In this document: positions 31,106 through 41,980 of the stretch, piece after piece
How positions within the stretch are numbered: the first letter of the stretch is position 1
How the letters are laid out: every line of letters begins with the position of its first letter
DNA from: an archaeon
Lineage (GTDB): Archaea; Nanobdellota; Nanobdellia; Parvarchaeales; Parvarchaeaceae
Length of the DNA: 64,000 nt
Reading direction: 5' to 3'
NCBI GenBank assembly: GCA_037443005.1
Contig: JBBIPE010000002.1
Location: forward strand, 6,815-70,814
The notes under the pieces: generated by a model
Seen by the model: the letters and a program-made list of their open reading frames with translations, nothing else
What the model was told of the DNA's origin: nothing
Databases searched by the model: none
Translations under genes and position numbers: made by a program

Positions 31106-31750
31106 GTGAAAAGGGAAAATTTCATAGCTGCTACGAAGATAATAGAGAATATATACGTGGAGAGGATAAGAAATCTGAAGCCGTTCGAGATACTTGTGCA
31201 CGGTATACTCTCAACAAGGACAAAGGACACTACAACCTTTCCTGCGCAGAAAAGACTGCTTTCTATAGCTTCAACGCCAGAGAAAATGGCAGAGCTTTCA
31301 ATATTAAAAATAGAAAAGGCAATATATCCAGTAGGGTTCTACAAAACTAAGGCAAGGCTGATTAAAAGTGCATGTAAATTTATAATAAAAAACTTCAATT
31401 CAAGTGTACCTTCTAACAAAAAGGATCTTATGAGGATACCAGGCGTCGGGCCGAAGGTTGCAAGCTTAGTTTTGGAATGGGCATTTAATCTGCCATTCGT
31501 GGCTGTAGATACCCATGTTAATAGGATCTCGCAGAGACTTGGAATTGTACCATTCGGTACAAAACCGGAGAAAACAGAGAAGATACTAGAGGAAATACTA
31601 GATGAAAGCACAAAAATGGGAATGAATTCTTCTTTTGTAAAGTTCGGCAGAGAAGTATGCAAACCTATTACACCTGTTTGTTCGAAATGTCCTATTTATG
31701 GCTATTGCGGATTCAAACTTAAAAGCAAATATCATAAATTAACAATGTGA
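31106..31750 (+). CDS. nth: Endonuclease III (HhH-GPD with 4Fe-4S)
   Basis: STRTKD, HhH IPGVGPKVA, VDTHVNR and cluster CKPITPVCSKCPIYGYC. The start is uncertain (GTG 31106; track TTG 31055). Confidence 0.85.
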   Translation: MKRENFIAATKIIENIYVERIRNLKPFEILVHGILSTRTKDTTTFPAQKRLLSIASTPEKMAELSILKIEKAIYPVGFYKTKARLIKSACKFIIKNFNSSVPSNKKDLMRIPGVGPKVASLVLEWAFNLPFVAVDTHVNRISQRLGIVPFGTKPEKTEKILEEILDESTKMGMNSSFVKFGREVCKPITPVCSKCPIYGYCGFKLKSKYHKLTM

Positions 31751-32240
31751 GCGGGAAATCCCACATCCTTTAGGAGTAGGATGAAAGCGAACATGATAAA
31801 AAGCATATAACAATGAAATGACAAAATAAAATTATGGAAGTAAGAAGGGCCTACAAATTCAGAATCTACCCAGACAATAAAAGACAGTCAGAGATAGACA
31901 ATATGCTTGCTCTCTCGCAAAGGCTATACAATAAACTCCTTGAGAAATCAATCCAGTCATACAAAAATGGAAATAGTAAAATCTCTATGTCAAAGTTAAG
32001 TGAATCCAGGAAAGTAATCATAAGAGAGAAAAAAGATTTACTAAAGCTGTATCCGCAGACAATATAGATAGAGATATAAACGCAGCAATAAATATAATTG
32101 ATATAGTTACCTTTGGACGGGTAAGTTAAGCTCTGTAAGATTCTATGAGACTTCAAAAGGTGTCAGGAATCAAAGAACTGAGAATATCTTCAGTAAATCT
32201 GCAGAGCAGCCCAAATGTTTTAGTAATTAGGAGGATCACG
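31747..32240 (+). mobile_element. Internally deleted (MITE-like) derivative of the tnpB-only IS, copy 2
   Basis: Left end GTGAGCGGGAAATCCCACATCCTTTAGGAGTAGGATGAAAGCGAAC and the first 77 tnpB codons (31834-32067) are joined directly to the last ~170 nt (..DRDINAAINI.. through right end ...TTAGGAGGATCACG). About 700 nt of tnpB is missing. Confidence 0.75.
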
Positions 32241-32257
32241 AATAATATTATCTAGAT

Positions 32258-32983
32258 ATGGAAAACAGAATTAGTATGTTTTTTTCCACACTTTTTTATG
32301 GTCTTAAATCCGTTTCAGAGGTAAGCTCTTTTCTTGTCTTTTTATCTATTTTTCTTATACTTTTTGTAGTAGGTTTTTTTATAACTATAGATGTTCTAGG
32401 ATTGGGTGCGTTTCTTGGCAAAATAGTCTATTCTCCTTCGCTATACACAGTAATTGCTGGAGAACTTTCCTTTATACTTTCGGCCCTGTTTATTATATTC
32501 ACTTTATGTGTTCTTTTCTATTACAAGTCGCATTACATAGTCTCAAATGATCTTGAATTTAAGGATCTTATCATTCAGTCACTTAGAAGATTTCCAAAGT
32601 TTATAATAGCAGTGTTTATGCAGGTTTTTGTTTCAATTATAGGTCTGATAGCTTTTGTAATACCTGGTGTATACTATGGCAGTTCTTTAATGTTCTTCGG
32701 GTTTTTCTGTACCTATAGGAATTACACAATTTCTACTGCTTTCATAAACAGCAGGTCCCTTTCAAAGAAAGTGCGTTTAAATTCAATCCTCTCCTTTTTA
32801 GTTTATCTGATTATACTTTTTGTTTTTGTTTATCTGATCAGTGTTCTCGGCGTTTCTATGTTATATAAAGGGCTCATCGGGTCTATTTTGCTGGCATATT
32901 GGGCGGTAAGTTACAGCAATACAATATTTAATCTTGCGGATAAAAGTTATACAATGTCGGAAAAGCATAAATATTACACCTAA
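32258..32983 (+). CDS. Polytopic membrane protein, unknown function
   Basis: 241 aa with ~6 hydrophobic helices. Confidence 0.5.
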   Translation: MENRISMFFSTLFYGLKSVSEVSSFLVFLSIFLILFVVGFFITIDVLGLGAFLGKIVYSPSLYTVIAGELSFILSALFIIFTLCVLFYYKSHYIVSNDLEFKDLIIQSLRRFPKFIIAVFMQVFVSIIGLIAFVIPGVYYGSSLMFFGFFCTYRNYTISTAFINSRSLSKKVRLNSILSFLVYLIILFVFVYLISVLGVSMLYKGLIGSILLAYWAVSYSNTIFNLADKSYTMSEKHKYYT

Positions 32984-33122
32984 ATTATATTTTTGTATAG
33001 AATTAGCTTATAGTTTATTGTAGCAAATATGAATTTATATCATAAAATTTAATACCGAAAAGCTTAAATATTATAATTATTATAAAATCTGATTGTAAAT
33101 TATACTTAAAGAGGTTTGCTGC

Positions 33123-33356
33123 TTGGATATCGATGTGTTTAGTAATAGTTTGTCTCCGAAATATAGGATTATGAAGCCAGAAGAAGTTGATAAACTTCTG
33201 GAAAAATATAATATTTCTTTGAAGGACCTACCTAAGATAAAATCAATTGATCCTGCAGTAAAGCAGTTAAATGCTAATGAGGGGGACGTAATTGAGATTA
33301 ATAGGAACAGCGCCACAGCTGGTGAATATCTCTATTATAGATTTGTCGTTAAATAA
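33123..33356 (+). CDS. rpoH: DNA-directed RNA polymerase subunit H (Rpo5)
   Basis: SPKYRIMKPEEVDKLLEKYNISLKDLPKIKSIDPA...YYRFVV pattern, positioned first in the RNAP operon. The start codon is non-ATG and uncertain. Confidence 0.85.
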   Translation: MDIDVFSNSLSPKYRIMKPEEVDKLLEKYNISLKDLPKIKSIDPAVKQLNANEGDVIEINRNSATAGEYLYYRFVVK

Positions 33357-33357
33357 T

Positions 33358-34836
33358 ATGGAAAATAAATCATACCAGGTACTACTGAATTCCGCGCTTA
33401 AATCAACGACTTTGGCATCGCATCATATAAGTTCATTTGAGTACTTTATAGAGAAGGGTCTTCAGAAGATAATTGAAACAGAAGGAATAATAGAACCTGT
33501 TATAAAGCCTGCCAGTTTCAATGATTTTAAGATAAAGATAAGCAAGATAACAATAGGCAAACCCGATATGATAGAATCGGATAGTATAGTAAGGCCTATT
33601 ATGCCGATGGAAGCTAGGATAAGGGACTTAACATATGATGCTCCACTGATGATAACTGTTTCTTATCTTGGTGATGGAAAGGTTGTTGCAGAGGAGGAGG
33701 TATTTATAGGCAGAATGCCGATACTAATTAAATCAAAATACTGCAATCTTTACGGTCTTTCAAGAGAGGATTTGATAAAAGCAAAGGAGGATCCAACTGA
33801 TCCAGGCGGATACTTTATAATAAACGGCACTGAAAGAATAATAATAACAACTGAAGACCTTGCTCCAAATAATATTCTTATATCAAAGGACAATCAAGAG
33901 GGCTTCAAATTTAGTGCAAAGATATTTGCAGATGCGGATACTATAAAGGTCCCGCACACTATACAACTATCTAGCAGCAATCTTCTTTATATAACCTTCG
34001 GTAAATTGAAGAGAGTTCCAGTAGTGACTCTTATAAAGGCTCTTGGGGTTACCAATGAGAATGAAATGATAAGAAAAATAGGCAAGGACGATGAGGATAT
34101 AATAAATACTGTCGACATGAATCTTATAGCCTTCAATGTTGGGAACGAGGGAGACGCGCTTGACACTATCGGCAAGATGCTTCATTCAATACACACAAAG
34201 GAGACTGCGGAACTTAATATAGATTCTCTGCTATTTCCATTCTTTGGCAGAGAAAAAGACTCAAGAAAGATAAAAGCGGAATATCTAATGTTTGTTTCAA
34301 ATCTTCTTATAAAAAGCGCAATAGAGAATAAGGAAGTTGATAAAGACCATTATTCAAATAAGAGATTGCATGCAGAAAATTATAATTTGGATATGCTATT
34401 TAGGTTTATATTCAAGCAGATACTTAATGATGCAAAATACAATTTTGAAAAGGGCATAAGAAAAGATAGAGTACCAGGCCCCAAATACATATTCACTTCT
34501 GATCAATTAACTGCAAGACTTCGTTCTTCTCTTGCAACCGGACAATGGGTCGGAGGTAGAGTGGGTATAACACAGCATCTAAACAGGAGAAGTTTTCCGG
34601 ATACTATTTCACATCTTAGAAAAGTTGAGTCACTCTTGACTTCGAATAGGGAAAATTACAGAGCAAGAGACTTGCATGGAACGCAGTTTGGCCGGTTCTG
34701 TGCGGTTGAAACACCAGAGGGCCCGAAGATAGGTTTGACTAAAAATCTGGCAATATTATCAATGATATCAAAGGAAGGTGTAGATACGGAAACTGTAAAG
34801 AATCTGCTTAAGGGTTACGGGGTGAAAAAGATATGA
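33358..34836 (+). CDS. rpoB2: RNA polymerase subunit B'' (N-terminal half of split Rpo2)
   Basis: ATG at 33358, one nt after the rpoH stop. PMEARIRDLTY, GYFIINGTERI and HPSHYGRxC-like (DLHGTQFGRFCAVETPEG) motifs. Confidence 0.95.
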   Translation: MENKSYQVLLNSALKSTTLASHHISSFEYFIEKGLQKIIETEGIIEPVIKPASFNDFKIKISKITIGKPDMIESDSIVRPIMPMEARIRDLTYDAPLMITVSYLGDGKVVAEEEVFIGRMPILIKSKYCNLYGLSREDLIKAKEDPTDPGGYFIINGTERIIITTEDLAPNNILISKDNQEGFKFSAKIFADADTIKVPHTIQLSSSNLLYITFGKLKRVPVVTLIKALGVTNENEMIRKIGKDDEDIINTVDMNLIAFNVGNEGDALDTIGKMLHSIHTKETAELNIDSLLFPFFGREKDSRKIKAEYLMFVSNLLIKSAIENKEVDKDHYSNKRLHAENYNLDMLFRFIFKQILNDAKYNFEKGIRKDRVPGPKYIFTSDQLTARLRSSLATGQWVGGRVGITQHLNRRSFPDTISHLRKVESLLTSNRENYRARDLHGTQFGRFCAVETPEGPKIGLTKNLAILSMISKEGVDTETVKNLLKGYGVKKI

Positions 34837-36635
34837 GTTTTGTATTTGTAAATGGTGTTTTAACTGGGACTACAGATGAAGTTGAAAAGCTGGTAAAATC
34901 AATAATAGATGACAGAAGAGAAGGGAAGATACCAAAACAGGTCAATATAAGATACAGAAAGGACACCGACAGCGTAATGATAAATTCCGATAGCGGAAGG
35001 TTATTAAGGGCATTGATTGTTGTAAAGAACGGCAAGTCCCTTGTAACAAAGGATGATATCCAGCTTCTTGCCGAGGGGCATATAACATGGCAGGATCTTA
35101 TTGATAAAGGGAAAATAGAATATCTTGATGCAGATGAAGAGGAGCTTGCATATACAGCATTGAACGAGGAGGATTTAACACCTTCTCATACACATCTTGA
35201 GATAACTCCTTTGTCAGTCTTTGGGACGCAGGCAGCTTTACTTCCTTTCATAAATCACAGCAACGCACACAGAAATGTTACTGCTGTAAAAAGTGTACAG
35301 CAGGGTGTGGGCATATATACTACAAATTATCTTATCCGTCACGACAACGATTCTATGATAGCAATAGATCAGCAGACTCCGATAGTAAGAACTGAGATGT
35401 ATGAAAATGAGGATTTTAATTCGCATGTTTTCGGGCAGAATATAGTGGTTGCGGTTCTCTCGTATCTTGGATATAATATGGACGATGCAATAATAATAAA
35501 TAAATCGTCTGTTGAGAGAGGTTTGTTCAACGCGATGTTCTTCAGGCCCTATAAAGTTGAGGAGACAAAGTACGTTGGAGGGCAAAGTGATTTAATAACC
35601 ATACCTGATAAGGATGTTGCGGGATATAGATCGGAAGAGGCATATAAATATCTTGATGAAGATGGTATAGCACTTCTTAATTCACATGTTAACAGTGGTG
35701 ATGTTCTTATAGGGAGAGTTTCGCCTCCAAGGTTCGTTTCATCAATAGATAAATTTAGACTGGGAGTACAGAAGCAGGTTGAATCCTCAATAGAATGCCG
35801 TACTGGTGAGAGCGGGATTGTGGAGAACGTTTTTGTAACATCAACAGCAGAAGGGAATAAATATGTTTCATTAAAGGTAAGGCAGGAAAGAAAAGTTGAG
35901 ATAGGAGACAAGTTTGGGCCGAGAAGCGGACAGAAAGGGGTTGTTGGTATGCTTTTAAACCAGGAGGACATGCCTTTCACTTATTCCGGCATTGTTCCAG
36001 ATCTTATATTCTCCCCATATTCAATACCTACAAGGATGTCAATGGCTTATCTTCTTGAACTTATAGGTGGAAAGGTTGGAGCATTGGGAGGAAGATACAT
36101 AAATGGTACTCCGTTTACCGGTGAATCAGAAGAGGATTTAAGAAACGAATTACTTAGTTACGGGTTTAGGGAAAATGGTGTAGAGACTATGTACAATGGA
36201 GTAACCGGTGAGGAAATGCAGGTGAAAATATTTGTAGGAGACCTGACTTATATAAGATTGAAACACTTCGTTGCAAATAAACTGCAGTGGAGAGCAAGAG
36301 GCCCAATACAGCTATTGAACAGGCAGCCAACAGAAGGTAGGTCAAAGAGTGGTGGATTAAGATTAGGGGAAATGGAGAAGGATTGCTTCGTTGCATATGG
36401 TTCAGCTATGACTTTAAAAGAAAGGTTTGATTCAGACAAGATAACTATACCAGTATGCTCAAAGTGCGGGATGGTGGCAGTTTATAATGTAAAGAAGAAA
36501 GTGGGTTATTGTCAGATAGACGGCGAGGATGCACCTATTAAATTAATAGACGTTTCGGCATCTTTCAAGATTCTCCTTGATGAGCTTAAGGCTATCGGTA
36601 TATATCCAAAAATGGTTTTGGGGAGTAAGGTATGA
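34833..36635 (+). CDS. rpoB1: RNA polymerase subunit B' (C-terminal half of split Rpo2)
   Basis: GQNIVVAV, GDKFGPRSGQKG, GGLRLGEMEKD and a C-terminal Zn ribbon. It overlaps B'' by 4 nt. Confidence 0.95.
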   Translation: MSFVFVNGVLTGTTDEVEKLVKSIIDDRREGKIPKQVNIRYRKDTDSVMINSDSGRLLRALIVVKNGKSLVTKDDIQLLAEGHITWQDLIDKGKIEYLDADEEELAYTALNEEDLTPSHTHLEITPLSVFGTQAALLPFINHSNAHRNVTAVKSVQQGVGIYTTNYLIRHDNDSMIAIDQQTPIVRTEMYENEDFNSHVFGQNIVVAVLSYLGYNMDDAIIINKSSVERGLFNAMFFRPYKVEETKYVGGQSDLITIPDKDVAGYRSEEAYKYLDEDGIALLNSHVNSGDVLIGRVSPPRFVSSIDKFRLGVQKQVESSIECRTGESGIVENVFVTSTAEGNKYVSLKVRQERKVEIGDKFGPRSGQKGVVGMLLNQEDMPFTYSGIVPDLIFSPYSIPTRMSMAYLLELIGGKVGALGGRYINGTPFTGESEEDLRNELLSYGFRENGVETMYNGVTGEEMQVKIFVGDLTYIRLKHFVANKLQWRARGPIQLLNRQPTEGRSKSGGLRLGEMEKDCFVAYGSAMTLKERFDSDKITIPVCSKCGMVAVYNVKKKVGYCQIDGEDAPIKLIDVSASFKILLDELKAIGIYPKMVLGSKV

Positions 36636-39154
36636 AATTGGATTCAAATTTTGTTTTTAGTAAAATTGCAGCTTTGGAGTTTGGTATACTTTCTCCTAAG
36701 ATAATACAGAAGATGAGCGCAGTTGCTATAACCTCATCAGAACTTTATGATATAGATGGATTTCCAGTTGACGGAGGTTTATCCGATCTAAGAATGGGCG
36801 TAATAGATCCTGGTTTAACATGTAAGACATGTGGAAATACAATAAGAGACTGCCCAGGTCATTTCGGCCATCTTGAACTGGCAAGGCCGGTATTTAACAT
36901 AAAGACTGTTCCATATATTTACAATGTTCTTAATTCTACCTGTAATTCATGCGGCAGAATACTCATATCAGATGAGCATCTTAAAAAGCTAAGCGAGGAG
37001 ATAATATCTGCAGAAATCAATGAGGGTCATAAGAAGAAGATAAAGCTCATAAAGGCGCTCATAAAGCATGCAAAGAATGTTACAGTATGTCCATTCTGCA
37101 AGACTAAACAAAACAAGGTAAAACTTGAAAAACCGTATACATTTGTGGATAGAGATCAGAGACTTACACCAATAGATGTTCTTAATAGGCTTGAGAAAAT
37201 AAAGGATTCTGATCTGCAGTTTTTTGGCTTTGATCCGGATTATTCAAGACCGGAATGGATGGTAGTTTCAATACTTGCGGTTCCGCCTATAACTATAAGG
37301 CCTTCCATAACATTGGAAAATGGTCAGAGAAGTGAAGATGATCTTACGCACAAGCTTACTGATATAGTAAGAACTAATCAAAGGCTTGCTGAAAACATAA
37401 GGTCTGGTGCTCCAGAGATAATAATAGACGAGCTTTGGGATCTTCTGCAGTATCATATAACTACTTTTATATCAAATGATTCGGCACAGGTGCCGGTAGC
37501 AAGGCAAAAATCAAATAAAAAGCTCAAAAGCCTGGAGGATAGAATAAAAGGGAAAGAGGGTCTATTCAGAGGTTCAGGTCTAGCAAAGCGTGTAAATTAT
37601 GGTGCAAGATCGGTTATATCTCCCGATCCTTTTCTTAGATTTGATGAAGTCGGAGTTCCTCTTAAAGTTGCAAAGGAGATTACACGTCCTGAAAAAGTCA
37701 CAGATATAAACATAGATCGGCTGAAATCATTGATAAAGAATTTCGGTTCATATCCTGGGGCGAATTATATTATAACTCCAGATGGGATAAAAAAGAAAAT
37801 AACCGAAACGACAGTTGACAATATACTTGAAGAAATAAAATCCGGTTACATAGTAGAGAGACACCTAATAGATGGGGATATAATCCTGTTCAATAGACAG
37901 CCTTCTCTTCATCGTCTTTCTATAATGGGACACAGCGTTAAGGTTTTGCCATACAGTACACTTGGGATAAATCCTGCTTCAACACTTCCATACAATGCAG
38001 ATTTTGATGGAGATGAAATGAACATACATATTCTCCAGAATGAGGAAGCGCTTGCTGAAACCGAAATGATAATAAACATAAAAAATAATATAGTCTCTCC
38101 AAGACATGGTCTGCCGCTTATAGGTGCGGCACAGGACTACGTTTCAGGATGTGCTTTATTAACATCCAAGGATACGCAGCTGGAAAAGAATAAAGCTGAA
38201 TTTCTGCTTTCCAATATAGGCATAATAACAACGCTTAAGGATAAAAAGTACTCTGGTAGAGAAATATTCAGCATGATACTTCCAGAGGACCTAAATTTTG
38301 AAAGCAATAGCAGTACATATAAGCTTACCAAGGATGATGACTCAATTGTTAGAATAAAGAACGGCAAGCTTTTGACGGGAGTTATAGATGCAGCGACAAT
38401 TGGAAGGGAAAGTGGCAGTCTTCTGCAGTTTCTGTTTGTAAGACATGGGTCTGATGTTACTGCAAGATTTATAGATCATGCTAATAAACTTGGGCTTATG
38501 ACTCTTTTCCTCATAGGGATGAGTGTTAATATACATGATTTTGATATACCTAGCGCCGCAACCAATGAGATAGCAAAGGTCGTAGTCGATGGAGAAAAAG
38601 AGGTTTCCGGGCTTCTGAAGGATTATAATGATGTTGCGGAGGCAAAGATCTTGAGCATAGCAAATAGAATAAGAATAAGAGTAAGAAATATAATAGACAC
38701 TTATATGGAGAGAAAGAACAACAATGTCGAATCTATGATTACAACAGGTGCAAAAGGAAGCATAACCAATTTGATACCAACAGTGGGATTGGTAGGACAG
38801 CAGATGTTAAGAGATGTTAGGATAAGTAATGGTTTTTCCGATAGGCTTACCTCTCATTTTAAGAAGAACGACAATGGGCTTATAGCAAGAGGTTTTATAG
38901 TGTCAAATTATAGAAAAGGGTTAAATCCAGTTGAGTATTTCCTTCATTCGGCAAGTAGCAGAGAAGGATTAATGGACAATGTAATACGTACTCCTATTTC
39001 GGGTTATATGCAGAGGAGGCTTTCTTCTGCATTGCAGGATCTGAAGGTGAAAAATGATCTATCCGTCAGGCTTGGAACCTCAATAGTACAGTTTAAATAT
39101 GGAGAGGACGGGGTAGATGTATCCGCCAGCGATAAAGGAGATCTTAAATTATGA
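36632..39154 (+). CDS. rpoA1: RNA polymerase subunit A' (Rpo1N)
   Basis: Zn motifs CKTCGN...CPGHFGH, and [10 protein letters not shown] as the catalytic aspartate triad. Confidence 0.95.
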   Translation: MKLDSNFVFSKIAALEFGILSPKIIQKMSAVAITSSELYDIDGFPVDGGLSDLRMGVIDPGLTCKTCGNTIRDCPGHFGHLELARPVFNIKTVPYIYNVLNSTCNSCGRILISDEHLKKLSEEIISAEINEGHKKKIKLIKALIKHAKNVTVCPFCKTKQNKVKLEKPYTFVDRDQRLTPIDVLNRLEKIKDSDLQFFGFDPDYSRPEWMVVSILAVPPITIRPSITLENGQRSEDDLTHKLTDIVRTNQRLAENIRSGAPEIIIDELWDLLQYHITTFISNDSAQVPVARQKSNKKLKSLEDRIKGKEGLFRGSGLAKRVNYGARSVISPDPFLRFDEVGVPLKVAKEITRPEKVTDINIDRLKSLIKNFGSYPGANYIITPDGIKKKITETTVDNILEEIKSGYIVERHLIDGDIILFNRQPSLHRLSIMGHSVKVLPYSTLGINPASTLPYNADFDGDEMNIHILQNEEALAETEMIINIKNNIVSPRHGLPLIGAAQDYVSGCALLTSKDTQLEKNKAEFLLSNIGIITTLKDKKYSGREIFSMILPEDLNFESNSSTYKLTKDDDSIVRIKNGKLLTGVIDAATIGRESGSLLQFLFVRHGSDVTARFIDHANKLGLMTLFLIGMSVNIHDFDIPSAATNEIAKVVVDGEKEVSGLLKDYNDVAEAKILSIANRIRIRVRNIIDTYMERKNNNVESMITTGAKGSITNLIPTVGLVGQQMLRDVRISNGFSDRLTSHFKKNDNGLIARGFIVSNYRKGLNPVEYFLHSASSREGLMDNVIRTPISGYMQRRLSSALQDLKVKNDLSVRLGTSIVQFKYGEDGVDVSASDKGDLKL

Positions 39155-40281
39155 AAGTTGAAATTCCTGAAAAGTATATAGTTGCATTCAAGAAAAAGTA
39201 TGGAGAAAATGCAGACCTATCAGAACTGGAAAAGATATACCAGAGGTCACTGGTTACGCCAGGCGAAGCAGTAGGTGTTATAGCAGCACAGAGTATTGGA
39301 GAAGCAAGTACGCAGCTTACTCTTAGAACAAAGCATGCAGCAGGTCTTTCGGTAATAAACACAACAACAGGTCTTCCAAGACTTGTGGAGATATTTGATG
39401 CAAAGAAGGAAATATCAACGGCATTTATGGATATATATCTGAAGCCTGAATATGCAAGATCTAAGGAAAAAGCAAGTGCTTTTGCAAATAAAATAATAGA
39501 AATAAAAATAGGAGATATAACTCCTTCATATACAGTTTCTCCAAGAAAGAAGGAAATTGAGTTTCTGGTAGATAAGGATCTTATAAAAGAGTACGGTTTT
39601 AATTTTAAGGATATAATTGCACGTCTATCGAAAATGAAGATATCTACAAGTATTGAAGGTGAAAAGCTGTTTGTTGTTGACAAATCGGCTGACAGCGTGA
39701 AAAAGCTGATAAGGCTTAGAAATAAGATAGTAAACATCACGATATCTGGAATTGATGGAGTGTCAAGGGCTATTCTGAACCAGGATAAAGAAGGCAATTA
39801 CTGGGTGAAAACCATAGGTACAAATATTGCTGAAATACTAAAAATGGAGGAAGTTGATCAGTCAAGGACTTCATCCAATGATATAATAGAGGTCTCAAAG
39901 GTATTAGGTATAGAGTCGGCAAGGAATCTTATAATCTCTGAGGTACGTAGTATACTAGAGAATGTAGGTCTTACCGTTGATTTAAGGCATATATTTTTAA
40001 TAGCCGATGCGATGTGCTTAGATGGTACTGTAAGAGGAATAGGGAGATACGGATTAAGCGGTGAGGCAGAATCGGTTTTGGCAAGAGCCTCATTTGAGGT
40101 TCCTTTAAAGCATCTTGTGGAGGCGGGTTTATACCATGAATCCGATCCATTTAAATATGTTGCAAACAATATTGTTTCAAATCAGGTAATTCCTATAGGA
40201 ACAGGAGAAGTAAAGTTAGTTGTAAGGGAAAATGGAAAAGGAAACACTGAAGAAAGTACAGGAAAAGATAAAAAGCAATAA
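39151..40281 (+). CDS. rpoA2: RNA polymerase subunit A'' (Rpo1C)
   Basis: [24 protein letters not shown] trigger-loop region. It overlaps A' by 4 nt. Confidence 0.95.
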   Translation: MKVEIPEKYIVAFKKKYGENADLSELEKIYQRSLVTPGEAVGVIAAQSIGEASTQLTLRTKHAAGLSVINTTTGLPRLVEIFDAKKEISTAFMDIYLKPEYARSKEKASAFANKIIEIKIGDITPSYTVSPRKKEIEFLVDKDLIKEYGFNFKDIIARLSKMKISTSIEGEKLFVVDKSADSVKKLIRLRNKIVNITISGIDGVSRAILNQDKEGNYWVKTIGTNIAEILKMEEVDQSRTSSNDIIEVSKVLGIESARNLIISEVRSILENVGLTVDLRHIFLIADAMCLDGTVRGIGRYGLSGEAESVLARASFEVPLKHLVEAGLYHESDPFKYVANNIVSNQVIPIGTGEVKLVVRENGKGNTEESTGKDKKQ

Positions 40282-40489
40282 GGTTTTCATAGGCCTTAAT
40301 TCAACTTTAAGGGCTTATAAAAATGGTGAGCTGGCTTTTGTTGTATATGCTAAAAATGCAAGCGAGGATATAATAAATAAACTAGATTCTCTGGATGTTG
40401 AAAAGCATATCTATGAAGGAGACAGTGATGCTCTATCAATTGCATGTGGTAAGTCCTATGGAATTACCGTTCTTGGGATTAAAAAATGA
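40232..40489 (+). CDS. rpl30e: 50S ribosomal protein L30e
   Basis: 85 aa. [26 protein letters not shown]...[17 protein letters not shown] pattern, in the conserved position after rpoA''. It overlaps rpoA'' by 50 nt. Confidence 0.8.
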   Translation: MEKETLKKVQEKIKSNKVFIGLNSTLRAYKNGELAFVVYAKNASEDIINKLDSLDVEKHIYEGDSDALSIACGKSYGITVLGIKK

Positions 40490-40493
40490 ATTT

Positions 40494-40904
40494 ATGAACC
40501 TAAAATTTGACAATGATATTATCCTTTCAATGAATCTATTTTCGGATGTGACAAGTGTAATACCGCGGGATTGTATAAATTTCGAAGATAAAATAATATT
40601 CGTTGTTAATCAGGGACAAGCTGGTCTTGCAATAGGCAAAAAAGGTATAAAGATAAAGATGCTGCAGGATATGATTAAGAAGGATGTAATAGTTATAGAG
40701 TATTCCGATGATCCCGTAAAGCTTTTTGAGAATATAATAAGACCCAACAAGCTTATCTCCGGTTATATAACAGTTTCGGGAAATACACAGACTGATAAAA
40801 AAGTTGAGGCTTCAATTGACGGAAAGATAAGTACTAATAAGATAAAGTTGATTAAAATGCTAATGCAAAGGTATTTTAATATAGTTAGTGTAAATATTAA
40901 GTAA
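40494..40904 (+). CDS. nusA: Archaeal NusA-like termination factor (two KH domains)
   Basis: ATG at 40494. GLAIGKKGIKIKML is a KH GxxG motif. About 136 aa, in the conserved operon position. Confidence 0.8.
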   Translation: MNLKFDNDIILSMNLFSDVTSVIPRDCINFEDKIIFVVNQGQAGLAIGKKGIKIKMLQDMIKKDVIVIEYSDDPVKLFENIIRPNKLISGYITVSGNTQTDKKVEASIDGKISTNKIKLIKMLMQRYFNIVSVNIK

Positions 40905-40907
40905 AAT

Positions 40908-41345
40908 ATGGGAAATAAGACACGTGGACTTTTCAATGGGAAGATGCTGCTTAAGAGAAAGGAGAGAGTGAGATTCAGCAAAAATAGGAGCAGATCCTAT
41001 TTCAGCGGAAGTTGGAGAAAGAATGATCCACTAGCAGGTGCACCTCAGGCAAGAGGAATAGTCTTGGAAAAAGTTGAGATAACCCCAAAGAAGCCTTCAT
41101 CAGGTAAGAGAAAATCATGTAAAGTACAGCTTACTAAAAATGGGAAAGTAATAACCGCGTATATACCATGGAGTAAGGGTGTGTCCTTTGTAGATGAGCA
41201 CAATGATGTTATAGTAGAGAGGATAGGAGGCGCACAGAAGGGTGCAAGAGGTGACCTTCCAGGTGTAAAGTTCAAGGTTATAAAGGTAAATGGAATATCC
41301 CTGAAAGAATTAGTAAAGGGGAGAAAGCAAAAGCCGGTGAGATAG
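40908..41345 (+). CDS. rps12: 30S ribosomal protein S12
   Basis: GAPQARGIVLEKVEITPKKPSSGKRK...GARGDLPGVKFKVIKVNG. Confidence 0.95.
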   Translation: MGNKTRGLFNGKMLLKRKERVRFSKNRSRSYFSGSWRKNDPLAGAPQARGIVLEKVEITPKKPSSGKRKSCKVQLTKNGKVITAYIPWSKGVSFVDEHNDVIVERIGGAQKGARGDLPGVKFKVIKVNGISLKELVKGRKQKPVR

Positions 41346-41346
41346 G

Positions 41347-41976
41347 ATGGAAGCGGAAAAGGAATCTGTTGAATTGAAAAATGAGAAGGAAATAAAGCTC
41401 TTTAATAAATACAGTTTTGATGGAGTCGTGGTTAATGATCTAGGGCTGAAAAATATAATATCTCTAAAACCGGTTATAATACCAAAGACATCAGGCAGAC
41501 TCTCGCAGCAAAGGCTTGCCAGAGAGAGAATGAACATAGTTGAGAGATTAGTAACACATTTAATGATACCAGGCCATAAAGGCAAGAAGCATCTTAGGAC
41601 AAGTAAATTGATGTCTGGCAGATTCTATACAGCTGTTAATGTTGTAGATAAAGCCTTTGAAAGTATAAGCAAGGATGGTTTGAATCCAATACAGGTTCTT
41701 GTAAAGGCCGTTGAAAATTCTGCTCCAAAAGAAGAAGTTATGAGTCTTTTAATAGGTGGGCAGAGAATAGCAAAACAGGTTGATACTGCGCCAGTAAGAA
41801 GAGTAGATCTTGCTCTTAGGTGGATTGCACAGGGGACTTATCAGATGTCGGCATCGGGCAAGAAGGCAGATCGTGCATTATATGAGATACTAGAACAATC
41901 AGCAAATAATCAGGATATTGCTTTCCCAATATCAAAGAGGATTGACACTGAAAGACAAGCTGCATCAAGTAGGTAA
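41347..41976 (+). CDS. rps7: 30S ribosomal protein S7
   Basis: 209 aa. IVERLVTHLM...GKK...AVENSAPKEEV...RVDLALRWI pattern, following S12. Confidence 0.9.
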   Translation: MEAEKESVELKNEKEIKLFNKYSFDGVVVNDLGLKNIISLKPVIIPKTSGRLSQQRLARERMNIVERLVTHLMIPGHKGKKHLRTSKLMSGRFYTAVNVVDKAFESISKDGLNPIQVLVKAVENSAPKEEVMSLLIGGQRIAKQVDTAPVRRVDLALRWIAQGTYQMSASGKKADRALYEILEQSANNQDIAFPISKRIDTERQAASSR

Positions 41977-41980
41977 ATTT

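Noticed and set aside
33358-36635. Split rpoB (B'' + B') as a novelty
   Set aside because: Split Rpo2 is a well-known feature of several archaeal lineages. It is useful only as a weak taxonomic hint.
39144-39797. 217-aa minus-strand ORF antisense to rpoA''
   Set aside because: It is embedded in a highly conserved RNA polymerase gene and has a low-complexity S/I/F-rich composition.
40232-40281. 50-nt overlap of rpl30e with the rpoA'' 3' end as a possible fusion or frameshift
   Set aside because: Both reading frames are intact with their own stops, and the genome is full of overlapping gene junctions. No alternative in-frame start for L30e exists downstream.
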